Virus record (IMG/VR): IMGVR_UViG_3300013383_000021
Location: 27,767-91,766 of that record
Direction: 5' to 3' (one strand)
Length of the DNA: 64,000 nt
From: a virus
Lineage: Duplodnaviria > Heunggongvirae > Uroviricota > Caudoviricetes
Shown: positions 1-10,045 of the stretch, piece after piece
Position numbering within the stretch: the first letter of the stretch is position 1
Layout: every line of letters starts with the position of its first letter
Translations under genes and position numbers: made by a program
Notes under the pieces: generated by a model
Database searches by the model: none
Told to the model about the DNA's origin: nothing
What the model saw: the letters and a program-made list of their open reading frames with translations, nothing else

Positions 1-250
1 GAAATCTAAGCGACTTGTCGTATGACAATTCCGTGCCAAGCCTTTAAGAGGAAGGTGTAACGACTATCCCCTGGCGGTGAGATTCCGCAATAGGAGTACG
101 GCTGAGTGAAACTCTCAGTGGGTGAGACCCCCTTAAATGGAAGCGCTGACTACCCGTACCTTACGGGTAATGATATAGTCTATTCCCTAACAAATATCCG
201 GAAACGGAGGGTGTAAAAGAGATTACGCAAAGACCGGAATCCTGTACCCT
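1..250 (+). ncRNA. 3' portion of a group I intron core (window begins inside it)
   Basis: P7-like pairing GACTAT (approx. 66-71) with ATAGTC (approx. 175-180); the second element lies in a GATATAGTC context resembling the group I S consensus. GAAA-tetraloop hairpin tccggaaacgga at approx. 196-207. Open frame continues into the ORF at 251. Confidence 0.45.
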
Positions 251-862
251 ATGCCACGTACTATTTCAAAATACGGACGCCCCCTCCCCTACTTTATGAA
301 GTATGCCTCTCCGTATTATGAAAGACTGAAGCTGTCCCGGTCACTGTCTAATATGAATAAACTGTGTTGGGAGATTGAGCATTGGAAGAAGAGCGTCAGG
401 TATAAAAGAGCTGACCAGGAATTCGATTATAACATCATGATCAACGATCAAATCCCTGTTTCGGACGAACTCTATAAGGAGATGGAGCAAGCCTATCGCT
501 CATTCTGCGCAGAGGTAAAGGAGCTGTCGCACGAATTGAAACAGCTCGACGGGGAGGACGCGGAGGCAGAACGTAAGAAAGCATACGCCCTGCTGTACGA
601 GCGGTACAGAAATCGCTGCTACTCTATTTGTGACGGCAATGCTTTGCTGGTTGCCAACGCCGCCGTCATGTTGTGCCACGATCACAAGACATGGAATCAA
701 CGCTTCAAGTGGATTGTCGGCGGGGCTGGTATCGTTAAGAATATCGAGCAGGTAGACATCAAGTTGCCAAAGCAGGATGATACAGGAGAACTCGAATACC
801 TAGGAAAGAGATACAAGATGATTGAAATAAAGAAGGAGGATGTACCCTCATTTGATAGATGA
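251..862 (+). CDS. hypothetical protein (possibly a downstream exon, or a gene following the intron)
   Basis: 203-aa ORF. Frame is open from 191. No strong RBS at 251. Confidence 0.45.
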   Translation: MPRTISKYGRPLPYFMKYASPYYERLKLSRSLSNMNKLCWEIEHWKKSVRYKRADQEFDYNIMINDQIPVSDELYKEMEQAYRSFCAEVKELSHELKQLDGEDAEAERKKAYALLYERYRNRCYSICDGNALLVANAAVMLCHDHKTWNQRFKWIVGGAGIVKNIEQVDIKLPKQDDTGELEYLGKRYKMIEIKKEDVPSFDR

Positions 863-1517
863 AGTATACGAAGTAAAAGAATACCTGGATGGAAAGAAAA
901 TAACTGAACGCGGGCGCTATCGCGCCGCATATATGATCGCTCGGTGGTACACCCAGGAAGGGTGTACCTTCCGGGAAACGCGGGACAAGATTTTTGAATG
1001 GGCAAAGAGAACGGACAACTTTCTAAAGTACAACGTAAACGACATTATTGAATCCGCGCGTAACTGCGATGACAGACTGAAGGACAATGTGACCTTGTAT
1101 ATCAGCGAGACAGATGTCAACAGAATCGTCACTTTGTTTGACGGGAAGAACACACGTAAGCTCGCCCTCGCATTACTTTGCTACGCTAAAGTATATGCTA
1201 ATAAGAACAAAGAATTTGATGTTTCCCTCTCCGCGCTTTCTGAGTGGTGTGGTGTGACACGGGCACATATTAGCCATACCTACCTGCCGGAGTTAGTTAA
1301 GCTCGGCTACATTACAAAGATAGACCCGTCAGCTACCACGGTGTGGCATCGAGCAAAGAAAACGACAACTAGCAAGTACGCTCAGACTAGACTGCGGATT
1401 GAAGTACCGCTTTACAACGCAGGGAAATTTCAGCTGATACATAACGATTTTAAGAAACTACACAGCGAAATATTTGAAAAGACACAACGCAATAGATTTT
1501 ATATCGAGGAGGACTAA
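840..1517 (+). CDS. hypothetical protein with putative winged-helix/HTH segment
   Basis: 225-aa ORF. RBS aaggagg 7 nt upstream of ATG. HTH-like stretch LSALSEWCGVTRAHISHTYLPELVKLGYI. Confidence 0.5.
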   Translation: MYPHLIDEVYEVKEYLDGKKITERGRYRAAYMIARWYTQEGCTFRETRDKIFEWAKRTDNFLKYNVNDIIESARNCDDRLKDNVTLYISETDVNRIVTLFDGKNTRKLALALLCYAKVYANKNKEFDVSLSALSEWCGVTRAHISHTYLPELVKLGYITKIDPSATTVWHRAKKTTTSKYAQTRLRIEVPLYNAGKFQLIHNDFKKLHSEIFEKTQRNRFYIEED

Positions 1518-1801
1518 TGGCAGTTTTATCTAGGGAAGAACGAGAGACTATCATCTTATATACGGAAGCTGATGATCGTGCGGAGGTGTACACTCATAAT
1601 AAGAAGATGATCAACCGGCTGGCAAAGCTTTATGCTGAACGTCCAGACGAAGTTGAGAAAATCAGAGAAGCAAACGCGGGAGCTGTGACATACACAGTCC
1701 CCCGCGACTGGGTAAGGATTGCTCCTAAGCGTAGAGTTTCCGAAGAGCAGCGAGCGGCAATAGCGGATCGGTTCGCCGCCCTACGTGCGAATCAGTCGTG
1801 A
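1517..1801 (+). CDS. hypothetical protein
   Basis: 94-aa ORF. RBS gaggagg. Start ATG overlaps previous stop. Confidence 0.5.
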   Translation: MAVLSREERETIILYTEADDRAEVYTHNKKMINRLAKLYAERPDEVEKIREANAGAVTYTVPRDWVRIAPKRRVSEEQRAAIADRFAALRANQS

Positions 1802-1870
1802 CACATATATTGACGAACAATGTAATATGTGGTAAAGTATTTCTATCATAAAATTGACGGAGGGAAATAT

Positions 1871-2641
1871 ATGAAAAAGATACTAAGCATTTTGCTTGTC
1901 GCTTGCATGGCTGTGTCGCTGGCGGGTTGTTCTAGCGGAAGCGATTTCACGGTGGGGGAATTCTGTGACGCATATAATAAAGGACTTGACGTTTGGAGTG
2001 GAAAATTTTCTGTAAGTTCTATCTCCATGTCTCACCTCGGAGTGATCAACGAAAACGGTGTTGTGCCATTAGACGATAGCGCTGAGATTAGAATTTATAC
2101 TAAAAATTCATCTGTCAGTAAGGACGATTCTATCCAGGAGATTATGTTCGTTTATGATGATGGTAACGGCAATTTTAGCAGCAACGAAAAGATTTTTTAC
2201 ACTCAGCTGTTCTCGTTCTTCGAAGCTGCGCTTCCGAACGCGACATCTGACAAAATATATCAATTGGTTGACTGTTATACTAAGCACGTAGATTCTCTTC
2301 CCGATTTAAGCGATGGTGAAATCATTGACAATGGCATTGGGTCGGTCATTGTTAATTACAGTGGTAAGAAAGCCCAAGATTACACCGGGAAGTATCACGG
2401 GGTTGCGTATTATGAATCGTCGAGCGCACAGACCGGGTTTAACCTGGAGATAAATAAATTTGGTAGCTGTAAGGTCAGTTTCGATGACGACGAGACAGCT
2501 GCAGATCCTGTGAATGTAGAGTGGCGTGTCAATGAAGACACTATTATTATTGGTTCTGGTAGCAGAGAGATATTTAGAGGCAAGATTAACAACAATTCTA
2601 TAACGCTTTCTGACAAAGATATAGTTTTAGAAAAAGAATAA
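1871..2641 (+). CDS. lipoprotein (signal peptide with lipobox LAGC)
   Basis: MKKILSILLVACMAVSLAGCSSG. RBS ggaggg 7 nt before ATG at 1871. Followed by a terminator. Confidence 0.7.
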   Translation: MKKILSILLVACMAVSLAGCSSGSDFTVGEFCDAYNKGLDVWSGKFSVSSISMSHLGVINENGVVPLDDSAEIRIYTKNSSVSKDDSIQEIMFVYDDGNGNFSSNEKIFYTQLFSFFEAALPNATSDKIYQLVDCYTKHVDSLPDLSDGEIIDNGIGSVIVNYSGKKAQDYTGKYHGVAYYESSSAQTGFNLEINKFGSCKVSFDDDETAADPVNVEWRVNEDTIIIGSGSREIFRGKINNNSITLSDKDIVLEKE

Positions 2642-2647
2642 CAACCA

Positions 2648-2679
2648 TAGCCCTGGTAATGCCGGGGCTATTTTTTTTG
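2648..2679 (+). terminator. rho-independent terminator
   Basis: tagccctggtaatgccggggcta followed by T8. Confidence 0.75.
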
Positions 2680-2726
2680 TAAATTTTCATCTGCCAAAAT
2701 TTTCTTCTATTATATGAGATTAAAAT

Positions 2727-2761
2727 AATGAACAACATTAAAGTTCATTTTTAATGTTCAC
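2727..2761. promoter_or_regulatory. inverted-repeat operator-like site
   Basis: atgaacaACATTAAAgttcattTTTAATGTtcac. It contains nested 8-bp and 5-bp inverted repeats and lies upstream of the metallophosphoesterase/recombinase operon. Confidence 0.35.
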
Positions 2762-2808
2762 TTTTCGGTTCTTTATTTGGTCTCAAATAGAATAAAAGGA
2801 GAAACGAA

Positions 2809-2992
2809 ATTGATTCAAATTTCAAAAGCAGAAGCTGCGGCAATCCGTAAGAACGTACGGCACGCAAACATCAGAAAGACGCGACATAAGTTCTACCTAG
2901 AAGAAAGTCGTACAGTTATGAGATTCCTAAATCGACTGCGAACAGAAGGCGTGGTCGCTACCTATGGTGAAACGGGGTGTCGTCGTCAGTGA
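2809..2992 (+). CDS. small basic hypothetical protein (TTG start)
   Basis: RBS aaaggag 7 nt before TTG. Product is approx. 61 aa, Lys/Arg-rich. Confidence 0.3.
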
Positions 2993-4176
2993 TCTCTTAC
3001 GACCGCTTGCGATATCTTGTCGATAGCAAACTTGTAACCCGCACTCTCCCGGACAGCTTTGAAGACATCAGTGAAGAGATTTTTGGTGAGGGCAATGCCT
3101 ACAGCTCATCCGAGGTTCGCCGACGGATGTACGGTATGAAACGGTTATTTGAAGTAATCGACAATGAGGGGTTGCTTATCCATAAGGTCAACGCGAAAGA
3201 CCCACTATACAGCCAAACAAAGAGGATTGAGCATGAACGCAAAGCGCTGCTCGACCAACAAAAAGTCCTAGACGCGAAACTGTCTCATGCAGGTAGATTG
3301 GAAGCGCTAGGCGACAGGCTGTTCGAGGCCGCGCTCACTTTAACCCCTAAATTGCACAACCTCTATCAGGAAGAATCGGCTGTAGACTGTGGAGATAATG
3401 AAGCTGTACTGGTGTTGGCGGATTGGCATTACGGGATGAAGACCTATAATGTTTGGAATGAGTATAGCACTGATATCTGTGTTAGCCGTGTCAGGAAGTT
3501 GATCGACGGCGCAGTCGAACGGATGAAGTTGCATAGGCCAGGTAAGCTGCACGTGCTTGTGTTAGGAGATATGATTAGCGGAGCTATTCATACAACCTCT
3601 AGGATTGAATCTGAGCAACTAGTATGTGACCAAATCATGCAAGTGTCAGAGATTATTGCTGAGACGGTTGCTGAATTATCGCAGTATGTGCCAGAGCTGA
3701 ATGTATATTGTACCTACGGTAATCACTCTCGAACGGTGCAGGATAAGCGAGACAGCATTCATGCAGATAATATGGAACGGCTGATCCCGTGGTGGCTTGA
3801 GTTGAGGCTGGCCGGATTTGAACATGTTCATATTATCAACTCTGAGTACCCAGAGTTCGCTACAATGGATGTCTGTGGCTATCATATTTGTGCGACGCAC
3901 GGCGATCTGGAGAGGAAGGTTAACACGGCTGGGAAGAATCTGTACGCGCTCTTTTCAAAGCGGTTTGGCGAAAAGATTGACTATGTTATCCTCGCCCATC
4001 GTCATCACCTAGAGGAATTTGAAGAGCTTGCTATTGAAACGATTTCTGTTCGAGCGTTGTGCGGCACTGACAACTATGCTAATACAAAAAGGCTATATAG
4101 CATTCCTGGCCAGACGCTGTTATTCTTCAATCCCGAGTGCGGACGGGATGCGTCATACAATATAAGACTAGACTAA
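2977..4176 (+). CDS. calcineurin-like metallophosphoesterase with N-terminal coiled-coil region
   Basis: Motifs LADWHYG (DxH), VLGDMISG (GDxxD), YGNHSR (GNH), ATHGD and AHRHH. Confidence 0.7.
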   Translation: MSSSVISYDRLRYLVDSKLVTRTLPDSFEDISEEIFGEGNAYSSSEVRRRMYGMKRLFEVIDNEGLLIHKVNAKDPLYSQTKRIEHERKALLDQQKVLDAKLSHAGRLEALGDRLFEAALTLTPKLHNLYQEESAVDCGDNEAVLVLADWHYGMKTYNVWNEYSTDICVSRVRKLIDGAVERMKLHRPGKLHVLVLGDMISGAIHTTSRIESEQLVCDQIMQVSEIIAETVAELSQYVPELNVYCTYGNHSRTVQDKRDSIHADNMERLIPWWLELRLAGFEHVHIINSEYPEFATMDVCGYHICATHGDLERKVNTAGKNLYALFSKRFGEKIDYVILAHRHHLEEFEELAIETISVRALCGTDNYANTKRLYSIPGQTLLFFNPECGRDASYNIRLD

Positions 4177-4210
4177 AATTAAATACTGCTAGAAAGCGAG
4201 GTGGGCGTAT

Positions 4211-5236
4211 ATGCCACGTAAGACAAAGTATAACAATATCACTAGCCCTGCGCTTTTAGAGCAGGTTAACCCGGAAAACAAAAGATTAAAGAATGACTTC
4301 CTTACTTATCTAAAGTCAGTACAAAGAAGTAATGGAACAATTGATGGGTACTCCCACGACCTCGACATCTTCTTTGTATGGAACTTACAGAATAACAATA
4401 ACAAGTTCTTCGTTGACTTATCAAAGCGCGATTTGATCTCGTATCAGAACTGGCTTATCTACGAGAACGAAAACTCCCCCGCGAGAGTCCGGCGTCTAAA
4501 GGCCGCCCTCTCTTCCCTATCCAATTACGTGGAGAATATTCTGGATGATGAGTACGAAGGGTATCGCCCTATTGTAAGAAAGATCGAGTCTCCAATTAAC
4601 CAGCCAGTTAGAGAGAAGACTGTGTTCTCCGATGAACAATTGCAGTCGTTGCTAGACGTCCTAGTAAAAGAAGAAAAGTTTACCCAGGCGTGTGCGCTAT
4701 CACTTGCTATGTGCAGTGGCAGAAGAAAGTCAGAGCTGTTACGTTTCAAGGTAGATTGGTTTACAAGAGACAATATTATCTACGGGTCGCTGTATAAGAC
4801 TCCGGAGAAAGTAAAGACAAAAGGTGCTGGCAACGGTAAGTATCTTTACTGCTACACCCTTTCAAAAGAGTTTGATCCTTATCTGAGTCTCTACATGGGC
4901 TGGAGAAAAGAAAATAACGTGGAGAGCGAATGGCTGTTTTACGACAAAGCCGATCCCACGAAACAAATGAATATTTCTACGCTGAACAGCTGGGCTGTTC
5001 GGTTTAGCAAAATATTGGGCGTGCCGTTCTATTGGCACGCCTTGCGTCATTTCTTCACCACGAAACTTGCGCGGCTTGGTTTGCCGGATAGTGTCGTGCA
5101 GACTGTTATCGGTTGGAGTTCTGCCGATATGGTGCGGCTATATGACGATACTCCCGATGACGAACAGCTGGAAAAGTATTTTGGTGAAGATGGAATTAAA
5201 ACAGATGTTAAGGCGGCTGGGTTAGCCGACCTGTAA
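4211..5236 (+). CDS. tyrosine recombinase (XerC/D-phage integrase family), second recombinase in window
   Basis: N-terminal SAM-like core-binding region. Catalytic motifs GRRKSELL (Arg I), WHALRHFF (HxxR) and VRLY (Tyr). RBS gaggtgg. Confidence 0.75.
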   Translation: MPRKTKYNNITSPALLEQVNPENKRLKNDFLTYLKSVQRSNGTIDGYSHDLDIFFVWNLQNNNNKFFVDLSKRDLISYQNWLIYENENSPARVRRLKAALSSLSNYVENILDDEYEGYRPIVRKIESPINQPVREKTVFSDEQLQSLLDVLVKEEKFTQACALSLAMCSGRRKSELLRFKVDWFTRDNIIYGSLYKTPEKVKTKGAGNGKYLYCYTLSKEFDPYLSLYMGWRKENNVESEWLFYDKADPTKQMNISTLNSWAVRFSKILGVPFYWHALRHFFTTKLARLGLPDSVVQTVIGWSSADMVRLYDDTPDDEQLEKYFGEDGIKTDVKAAGLADL

Positions 5237-5253
5237 CACGAACGAATGAAAGG

Positions 5254-5577
5254 TTGAATGAAATGATTAACAACAAGCAATTTGTAAGACGAGTATTGGA
5301 AATGGCAGAACATCTGTCTGGCGTTAAGTATAGAGTAAAGGATGGCGAGCTGATGGTAGACGCTGTTAAGTTCGCTATTGAAAAGGCTCTGGCCGAAGGT
5401 GAAGACATCTCTCTGCACGGCTTTGGTGCTTTCAAGGTGCATGAATATCCCGAACGCCAGGCGACAATCAACGGACAGACTTATAATGTTCCTCCTCGTA
5501 AGGGTGTGAAGTTTAGCCCTGGCAAGCGGCTGCGCGATGAAGTTGCAAAGGGTCGTTTCCAGACTATTGACCTGTAA
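5254..5577 (+). CDS. HU/IHF-family nucleoid DNA-binding protein
   Basis: GFGAFKVHEYPERQATINGQTYNVPPRKGVKFSPGKRLRDEV matches the HU arm/beta-ribbon signature. Confidence 0.85.
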   Translation: MNEMINNKQFVRRVLEMAEHLSGVKYRVKDGELMVDAVKFAIEKALAEGEDISLHGFGAFKVHEYPERQATINGQTYNVPPRKGVKFSPGKRLRDEVAKGRFQTIDL

Positions 5578-6551
5578 TGGCTAAACAGAGATTAGGGGCA
5601 GCCGAACCAGCGAGAGTTAAAGGTCAGTTCAAGTGTGTTGGCTGCGGCACCGTTTACTCTACGCAGGTTCGTAACTTTAAAACTGTCCAGAGTCCGTTAT
5701 ACAAAGGGAATAACAATTATCTGTGTTGGTGCAATAGATGCGTTGACGCTCTGTACATCAAGTATAGGGATAGCGGATTATCTGAAGCGGATGCCGCTAG
5801 GAAGGTGTGCTCTAAGTTTGATATCTATTGGGACAGGGACGCCTGGGATAAGGTTTCTACGGCAAAGAAAAGTGAAAGTTCAACGATAATCAGAACTTAT
5901 TTCGACCGGATGAATCTTAATCATCACACAAAAAAAACGTACGACAATACGCTTGTTGAAGAAGCACGCCAGCAGATGTTGCTAGAGAAGCAATCCTCTA
6001 TTGGTATGAACGCTGAAGAAGATCCCGAAGTCTCCCCGGAACTAGAAGAGTTCTGGGGTAAGGGTAGAGAGCCGTGGTGCTACGCCGAGCTTCAGCATAC
6101 ATATGACAGATTGACTAATGGGTATACTGTTGATACTCCCGCTAAGGCTCTCCTGGTCAAACAGGCTTGCCTGTCTGTGTTTGAGATTGATGAGCTTCAG
6201 AAGAACGGTAAGCCTTTCGAAAAGCAGCAAGCCTCTCTGGTTAATACGCTTGGTTCATTGAATCTGAAGCCTAGCCAGATTAAAGAAGACGAGCGGAACT
6301 CTGGATTAGATGATATGCCATTTGGTGTAGCGATCCAGAAGTGGGAGCAGACACGTCCCATCCCGGAGCCGCAATCGGACTGGGTTGACATTGATAATAT
6401 CAGAAAGTACAACATGACTTGGTTCCTAGGTCCGCTATGTAATATGGTTGGGGTGGATAACAAGTACAATGAGATGTACGAAGAAGCAATGAGTGAGTAC
6501 AGGGTTGATCGTCCGGATTACTCAGAAGATGAGGATGTGGTCGATGAATGA
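5577..6551 (+). CDS. putative terminase small subunit (position-based), N-terminal Cys4 zinc ribbon
   Basis: CVGCG...CWCNRC. Sits immediately upstream of the large terminase and overlaps it (ATGA). Confidence 0.35.
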   Translation: MAKQRLGAAEPARVKGQFKCVGCGTVYSTQVRNFKTVQSPLYKGNNNYLCWCNRCVDALYIKYRDSGLSEADAARKVCSKFDIYWDRDAWDKVSTAKKSESSTIIRTYFDRMNLNHHTKKTYDNTLVEEARQQMLLEKQSSIGMNAEEDPEVSPELEEFWGKGREPWCYAELQHTYDRLTNGYTVDTPAKALLVKQACLSVFEIDELQKNGKPFEKQQASLVNTLGSLNLKPSQIKEDERNSGLDDMPFGVAIQKWEQTRPIPEPQSDWVDIDNIRKYNMTWFLGPLCNMVGVDNKYNEMYEEAMSEYRVDRPDYSEDEDVVDE

Positions 6552-8323
6552 CAGAGTACACAAAGACACGACAGATAAGACTTGACCCTACTAAGTCAAG
6601 AGAGGAGCGCGTCTTCGAAGGTGTTGCCGCCTGGGCTGCTTTCTATCGAGCAAACCCACATAGATTTGCAAAAGATTATCTAGGCATCAGCCTAAAGCCG
6701 TTTCAACAGATACTTATGGTTGAGATGGATCAGTGCAACTATACTGCTTATATTGCAGCGAGAGGACAAGGCAAGAGCTTCCTTATCTCTCTTTACTGCT
6801 GTGTGCGGTGTATCTTGTACCCCGGTACAAAAGTCTGTGTCGCTGCTGGGCGTAGGTCTCAGAGTATCAATATTCTGGAGTATATTCAGAATCAGTTCAT
6901 GGTAAACTCGCCAGGACTGAAGCGCGAGATTAAGACTATTACGACAGCCCCTAACAACCCTATTTGTATCTTTGAAAACGGGTCAACGATTAAGGTTGTA
7001 ACTGCTAGTGATACAGCTCGTGGTAACAGAGCGAACATTATTATCTGTGATGAGTTTAGAATGATCCCTGAGTCAGCCATCAATGAGGTACTAAGGAGAT
7101 TTCTTTCTGACGAACGTCATCCCCCGTATATTGATAACCCAAAGTATGCTCATATTAAAGAAAGAAACAAAGAGATCTATTTAACCTCCGCCTGGTTTAA
7201 AGATCATTGGTCGTACAAGAAGGTCGAAGATTTTTATGCCAAGATGGTGCAGGCCGGTCCGTACTTTGTGTGTGGTCTCCCTTATCAACTCTCTATTAAA
7301 GAGGGACTGTATAGTGCAGAGCAGGCAATCGAAGAAATGTCCGAAGCAACATTTAATGAGTCCCAGTGGGCGAGAGAAATGGAGTGTTGTTGGACTGGCG
7401 ACGTCGAAGGTTCTTTCTTTAACTACGAAGCGATTAACCGTACACGGCGACTGAAGTTCCCAATGTTGCCGTCCTACGCATTGCCTGGCAAGCTGGCTGC
7501 CAAGGATATGGGAATCGTGAATAAGCAGGTAGGCGAGATAAGAATCATCTCTGTTGACGTTGCTTTAATGAGTTCTACTAAAAAATCAGAGAACGACGCG
7601 ACAGCAATCTTTGTGAATCGAATGACGCCAAATGCACACGGTCGCTACTATAGTAATATTGTTTATACGGAATCTCACGAAGGTGAGACGACACAAAGGC
7701 AGGCATTGCGTATACGACGGTTGTACGAGGAATACTCAGCAGACTATATCGTGATTGACGGCAAAGGTGTCGGCGCTGGTGTTGTTGACCTGCTGTTAGA
7801 TGACATCTACAATCCTGATACAGGAGAGACGTATGGCGCTCTCTCCTGTTATAACAACCCTGACCTTGCTGCTCGGTGTACCGACATGGACGCACCAAAA
7901 GCTCTGTGGGTAATAAATAATCAAACTGCACGCTTCAATTCGGAGTGTGCTTTTTCTTTGAGAGAAGGGTTCCGCTCTGGAAAGATTCGTTTGCTTGCAA
8001 ATGAATATGACGCGGAAGATTATCTTTCTGAGGTACGTGGTTGGGGGTCTATCAACCCGGTCGAGAAGACCGTAGTGCGGCTTCCATATGTGGACACTAC
8101 GTACCTAGTTGACGAAATTATTAACTTGAAATACGAAGACACTCAATCAGGTGTAAAGGTATACGAAAAATCTGGTTATCGAAAAGACCGGTATTCATCC
8201 CTTTCTTATAACTACTGGGTTGCGTGTCAGTTAGAAGACAAGTCGCGCATGAAGAGAAAGTCTAATATAGACATCTCTGAATTGCTGCGATGCCAAAGAG
8301 CACCCAGACTTAGAAGGAGGTGA
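6548..8323 (+). CDS. terminase large subunit
   Basis: Walker A-like AARGQGKSF and Walker B IIICDEF. C-terminal nuclease-like region. 591 aa. Confidence 0.85.
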   Translation: MTEYTKTRQIRLDPTKSREERVFEGVAAWAAFYRANPHRFAKDYLGISLKPFQQILMVEMDQCNYTAYIAARGQGKSFLISLYCCVRCILYPGTKVCVAAGRRSQSINILEYIQNQFMVNSPGLKREIKTITTAPNNPICIFENGSTIKVVTASDTARGNRANIIICDEFRMIPESAINEVLRRFLSDERHPPYIDNPKYAHIKERNKEIYLTSAWFKDHWSYKKVEDFYAKMVQAGPYFVCGLPYQLSIKEGLYSAEQAIEEMSEATFNESQWAREMECCWTGDVEGSFFNYEAINRTRRLKFPMLPSYALPGKLAAKDMGIVNKQVGEIRIISVDVALMSSTKKSENDATAIFVNRMTPNAHGRYYSNIVYTESHEGETTQRQALRIRRLYEEYSADYIVIDGKGVGAGVVDLLLDDIYNPDTGETYGALSCYNNPDLAARCTDMDAPKALWVINNQTARFNSECAFSLREGFRSGKIRLLANEYDAEDYLSEVRGWGSINPVEKTVVRLPYVDTTYLVDEIINLKYEDTQSGVKVYEKSGYRKDRYSSLSYNYWVACQLEDKSRMKRKSNIDISELLRCQRAPRLRRR

Positions 8324-8328
8324 GGCTT

Positions 8329-9828
8329 ATGAGTGAAAAATTTGTGGTAGATAGTATAGCGAAGGATAAACCTAAACAAGAGTTTGCTCTCAAGGATACG
8401 TTCAGGATGCCAGAGCGGTTTAAGGTTTTGAATCGTCTTATTATGCGAGATCTGAATCGGCGTGATTACAGACCCACATTTAAGAAGTACACCAAAGAAC
8501 AAATCCTGGACTTCCTAGAGGATCCCTACACGCATGAGAAACAGTTGCGGGATGCCTGCATCAATGTATACGGTGTTAGCTCTTACTTCCGTCGTCTCAT
8601 TCAGTATTTCGCTATGCTAAATGACCTGGCTTATGTTGTGTCTCCATTCGGGATAGATACATCAAAAGAAAATAAGACAAGTGTGAAGCGTAACTTTAAT
8701 AAAGTTCTCAAGGTAATGGAGTCATTTAATGTGAAGTCGCAGTTTAGAAAGATTCTAACTGTGTGCTTTAGAGAGGACGTCTATTACGGGACGCTATGGG
8801 TAACACAAGATAATATTACAATTCAAAGACTTCCGTCTGATTATTGCAGAATTTCTTCAATAGAGGGTAATGTTTACAATGTAAGCTTTAACTTCACATA
8901 CTTTGCAACATACCCCGACAGACTTCAATTCTTCCCAGAAGAGTTCCGTATAAAATACGATGAATACAAGAGGCGTTCTCTCGATAGATGGATTGATTTG
9001 GATTGCCCAACGTCTTTTGCCATTAAATGCACGAATGATATTGATTCCTATGCCCTTCCCCCATTCATTGGCATTATGCCTGAGATATATGACCTAGAGA
9101 GTTATAAAGAACTCAAGCTCACCAAGACGGAGCTAGAGAATTATGCAATCTTGGTTATGAAGCTTGGCCTTACTTCCGACGGCCAATGGCAAATGGATTT
9201 TGATAAGGCGAGAGAGTTTTGGATGAACCTTGACGATGTTCTTCCTGATGCGGTCGGTTCGGTCTTGACGCCGATGACGGTTGATAAAATCTCGTTCGAA
9301 AAATCTTCCAGCACAGATTCGAACGCGGTAGCTGATGCGGTCAGCTCATTGTTTGATTCCGCTGGTGTCTCTTCTCTGCTGTTCAATAACAGCAGCAAGT
9401 CATCCAGTAACGCTCTGCTGCTTTCCATTAAAGCCGACCAAGGTATTACTTATGGCGTTGTGAAGAGCATTGAAGATATGGTCAATCGGTATATCCAGTC
9501 ACTGAATTTTGGTAAGAAGTTTAGAGTTACGTTCCTAGACTCTTCTCCATTTAACAGAGACGAGCTAGGTAATCAGTATCTCAAGATGTGCCAGGTTGGT
9601 ATGCCTATGGTGTCTTATCTGGCTGCAACGTATGGTATGCCGCAAGCAGATATGAACTGTCTCAATTACCTTGAGGATGATATCTTGGATATTAAGAATC
9701 GCTTTATGCCTCTTCGCTCTACAAACACTATGAGTTCTGATTCACTAGCAGAAGCTGGTCGTCCAGAGGCATCTGCGCAGGATCTTAGTGACAACGGAGA
9801 AATCTCACAAGAGAGAGACGAAGGATAA
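8329..9828 (+). CDS. portal protein (putative)
   Basis: Approx. 500 aa. Immediately after terL. RBS gaaggaggtg 7 nt before ATG 8329. Acidic C-terminus. Confidence 0.6.
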   Translation: MSEKFVVDSIAKDKPKQEFALKDTFRMPERFKVLNRLIMRDLNRRDYRPTFKKYTKEQILDFLEDPYTHEKQLRDACINVYGVSSYFRRLIQYFAMLNDLAYVVSPFGIDTSKENKTSVKRNFNKVLKVMESFNVKSQFRKILTVCFREDVYYGTLWVTQDNITIQRLPSDYCRISSIEGNVYNVSFNFTYFATYPDRLQFFPEEFRIKYDEYKRRSLDRWIDLDCPTSFAIKCTNDIDSYALPPFIGIMPEIYDLESYKELKLTKTELENYAILVMKLGLTSDGQWQMDFDKAREFWMNLDDVLPDAVGSVLTPMTVDKISFEKSSSTDSNAVADAVSSLFDSAGVSSLLFNNSSKSSSNALLLSIKADQGITYGVVKSIEDMVNRYIQSLNFGKKFRVTFLDSSPFNRDELGNQYLKMCQVGMPMVSYLAATYGMPQADMNCLNYLEDDILDIKNRFMPLRSTNTMSSDSLAEAGRPEASAQDLSDNGEISQERDEG

Positions 9829-9830
9829 AA

Positions 9831-10010
9831 ATGAAATACATTTATGTGTTCGCCGAGACCGACAGGGATAAGCTGTTGGACCTTGGCTTTTTGCTGCTCG
9901 GACAAAAAGACAACACATCATCATGGGCGTTTGTAGATAAGACAGGGGCGAGTATTGATTTAGATAGTATGCTCTCTTCTTATGTAACGTCCAATGTTTT
10001 GATGTTTTGA
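9831..10010 (+). CDS. small hypothetical protein (59 aa, below ORF-track cutoff)
   Basis: RBS gaagga before ATG 9837-ish. Frame reads MKYIYVFAETDRDKLLDLGFLLLGQKD... Lies in the 218-nt portal-scaffold gap. Confidence 0.3.
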   Translation: MKYIYVFAETDRDKLLDLGFLLLGQKDNTSSWAFVDKTGASIDLDSMLSSYVTSNVLMF

Positions 10011-10045
10011 TATACAACACCTAACAGCAAGGAGGTGAGAAAAGA

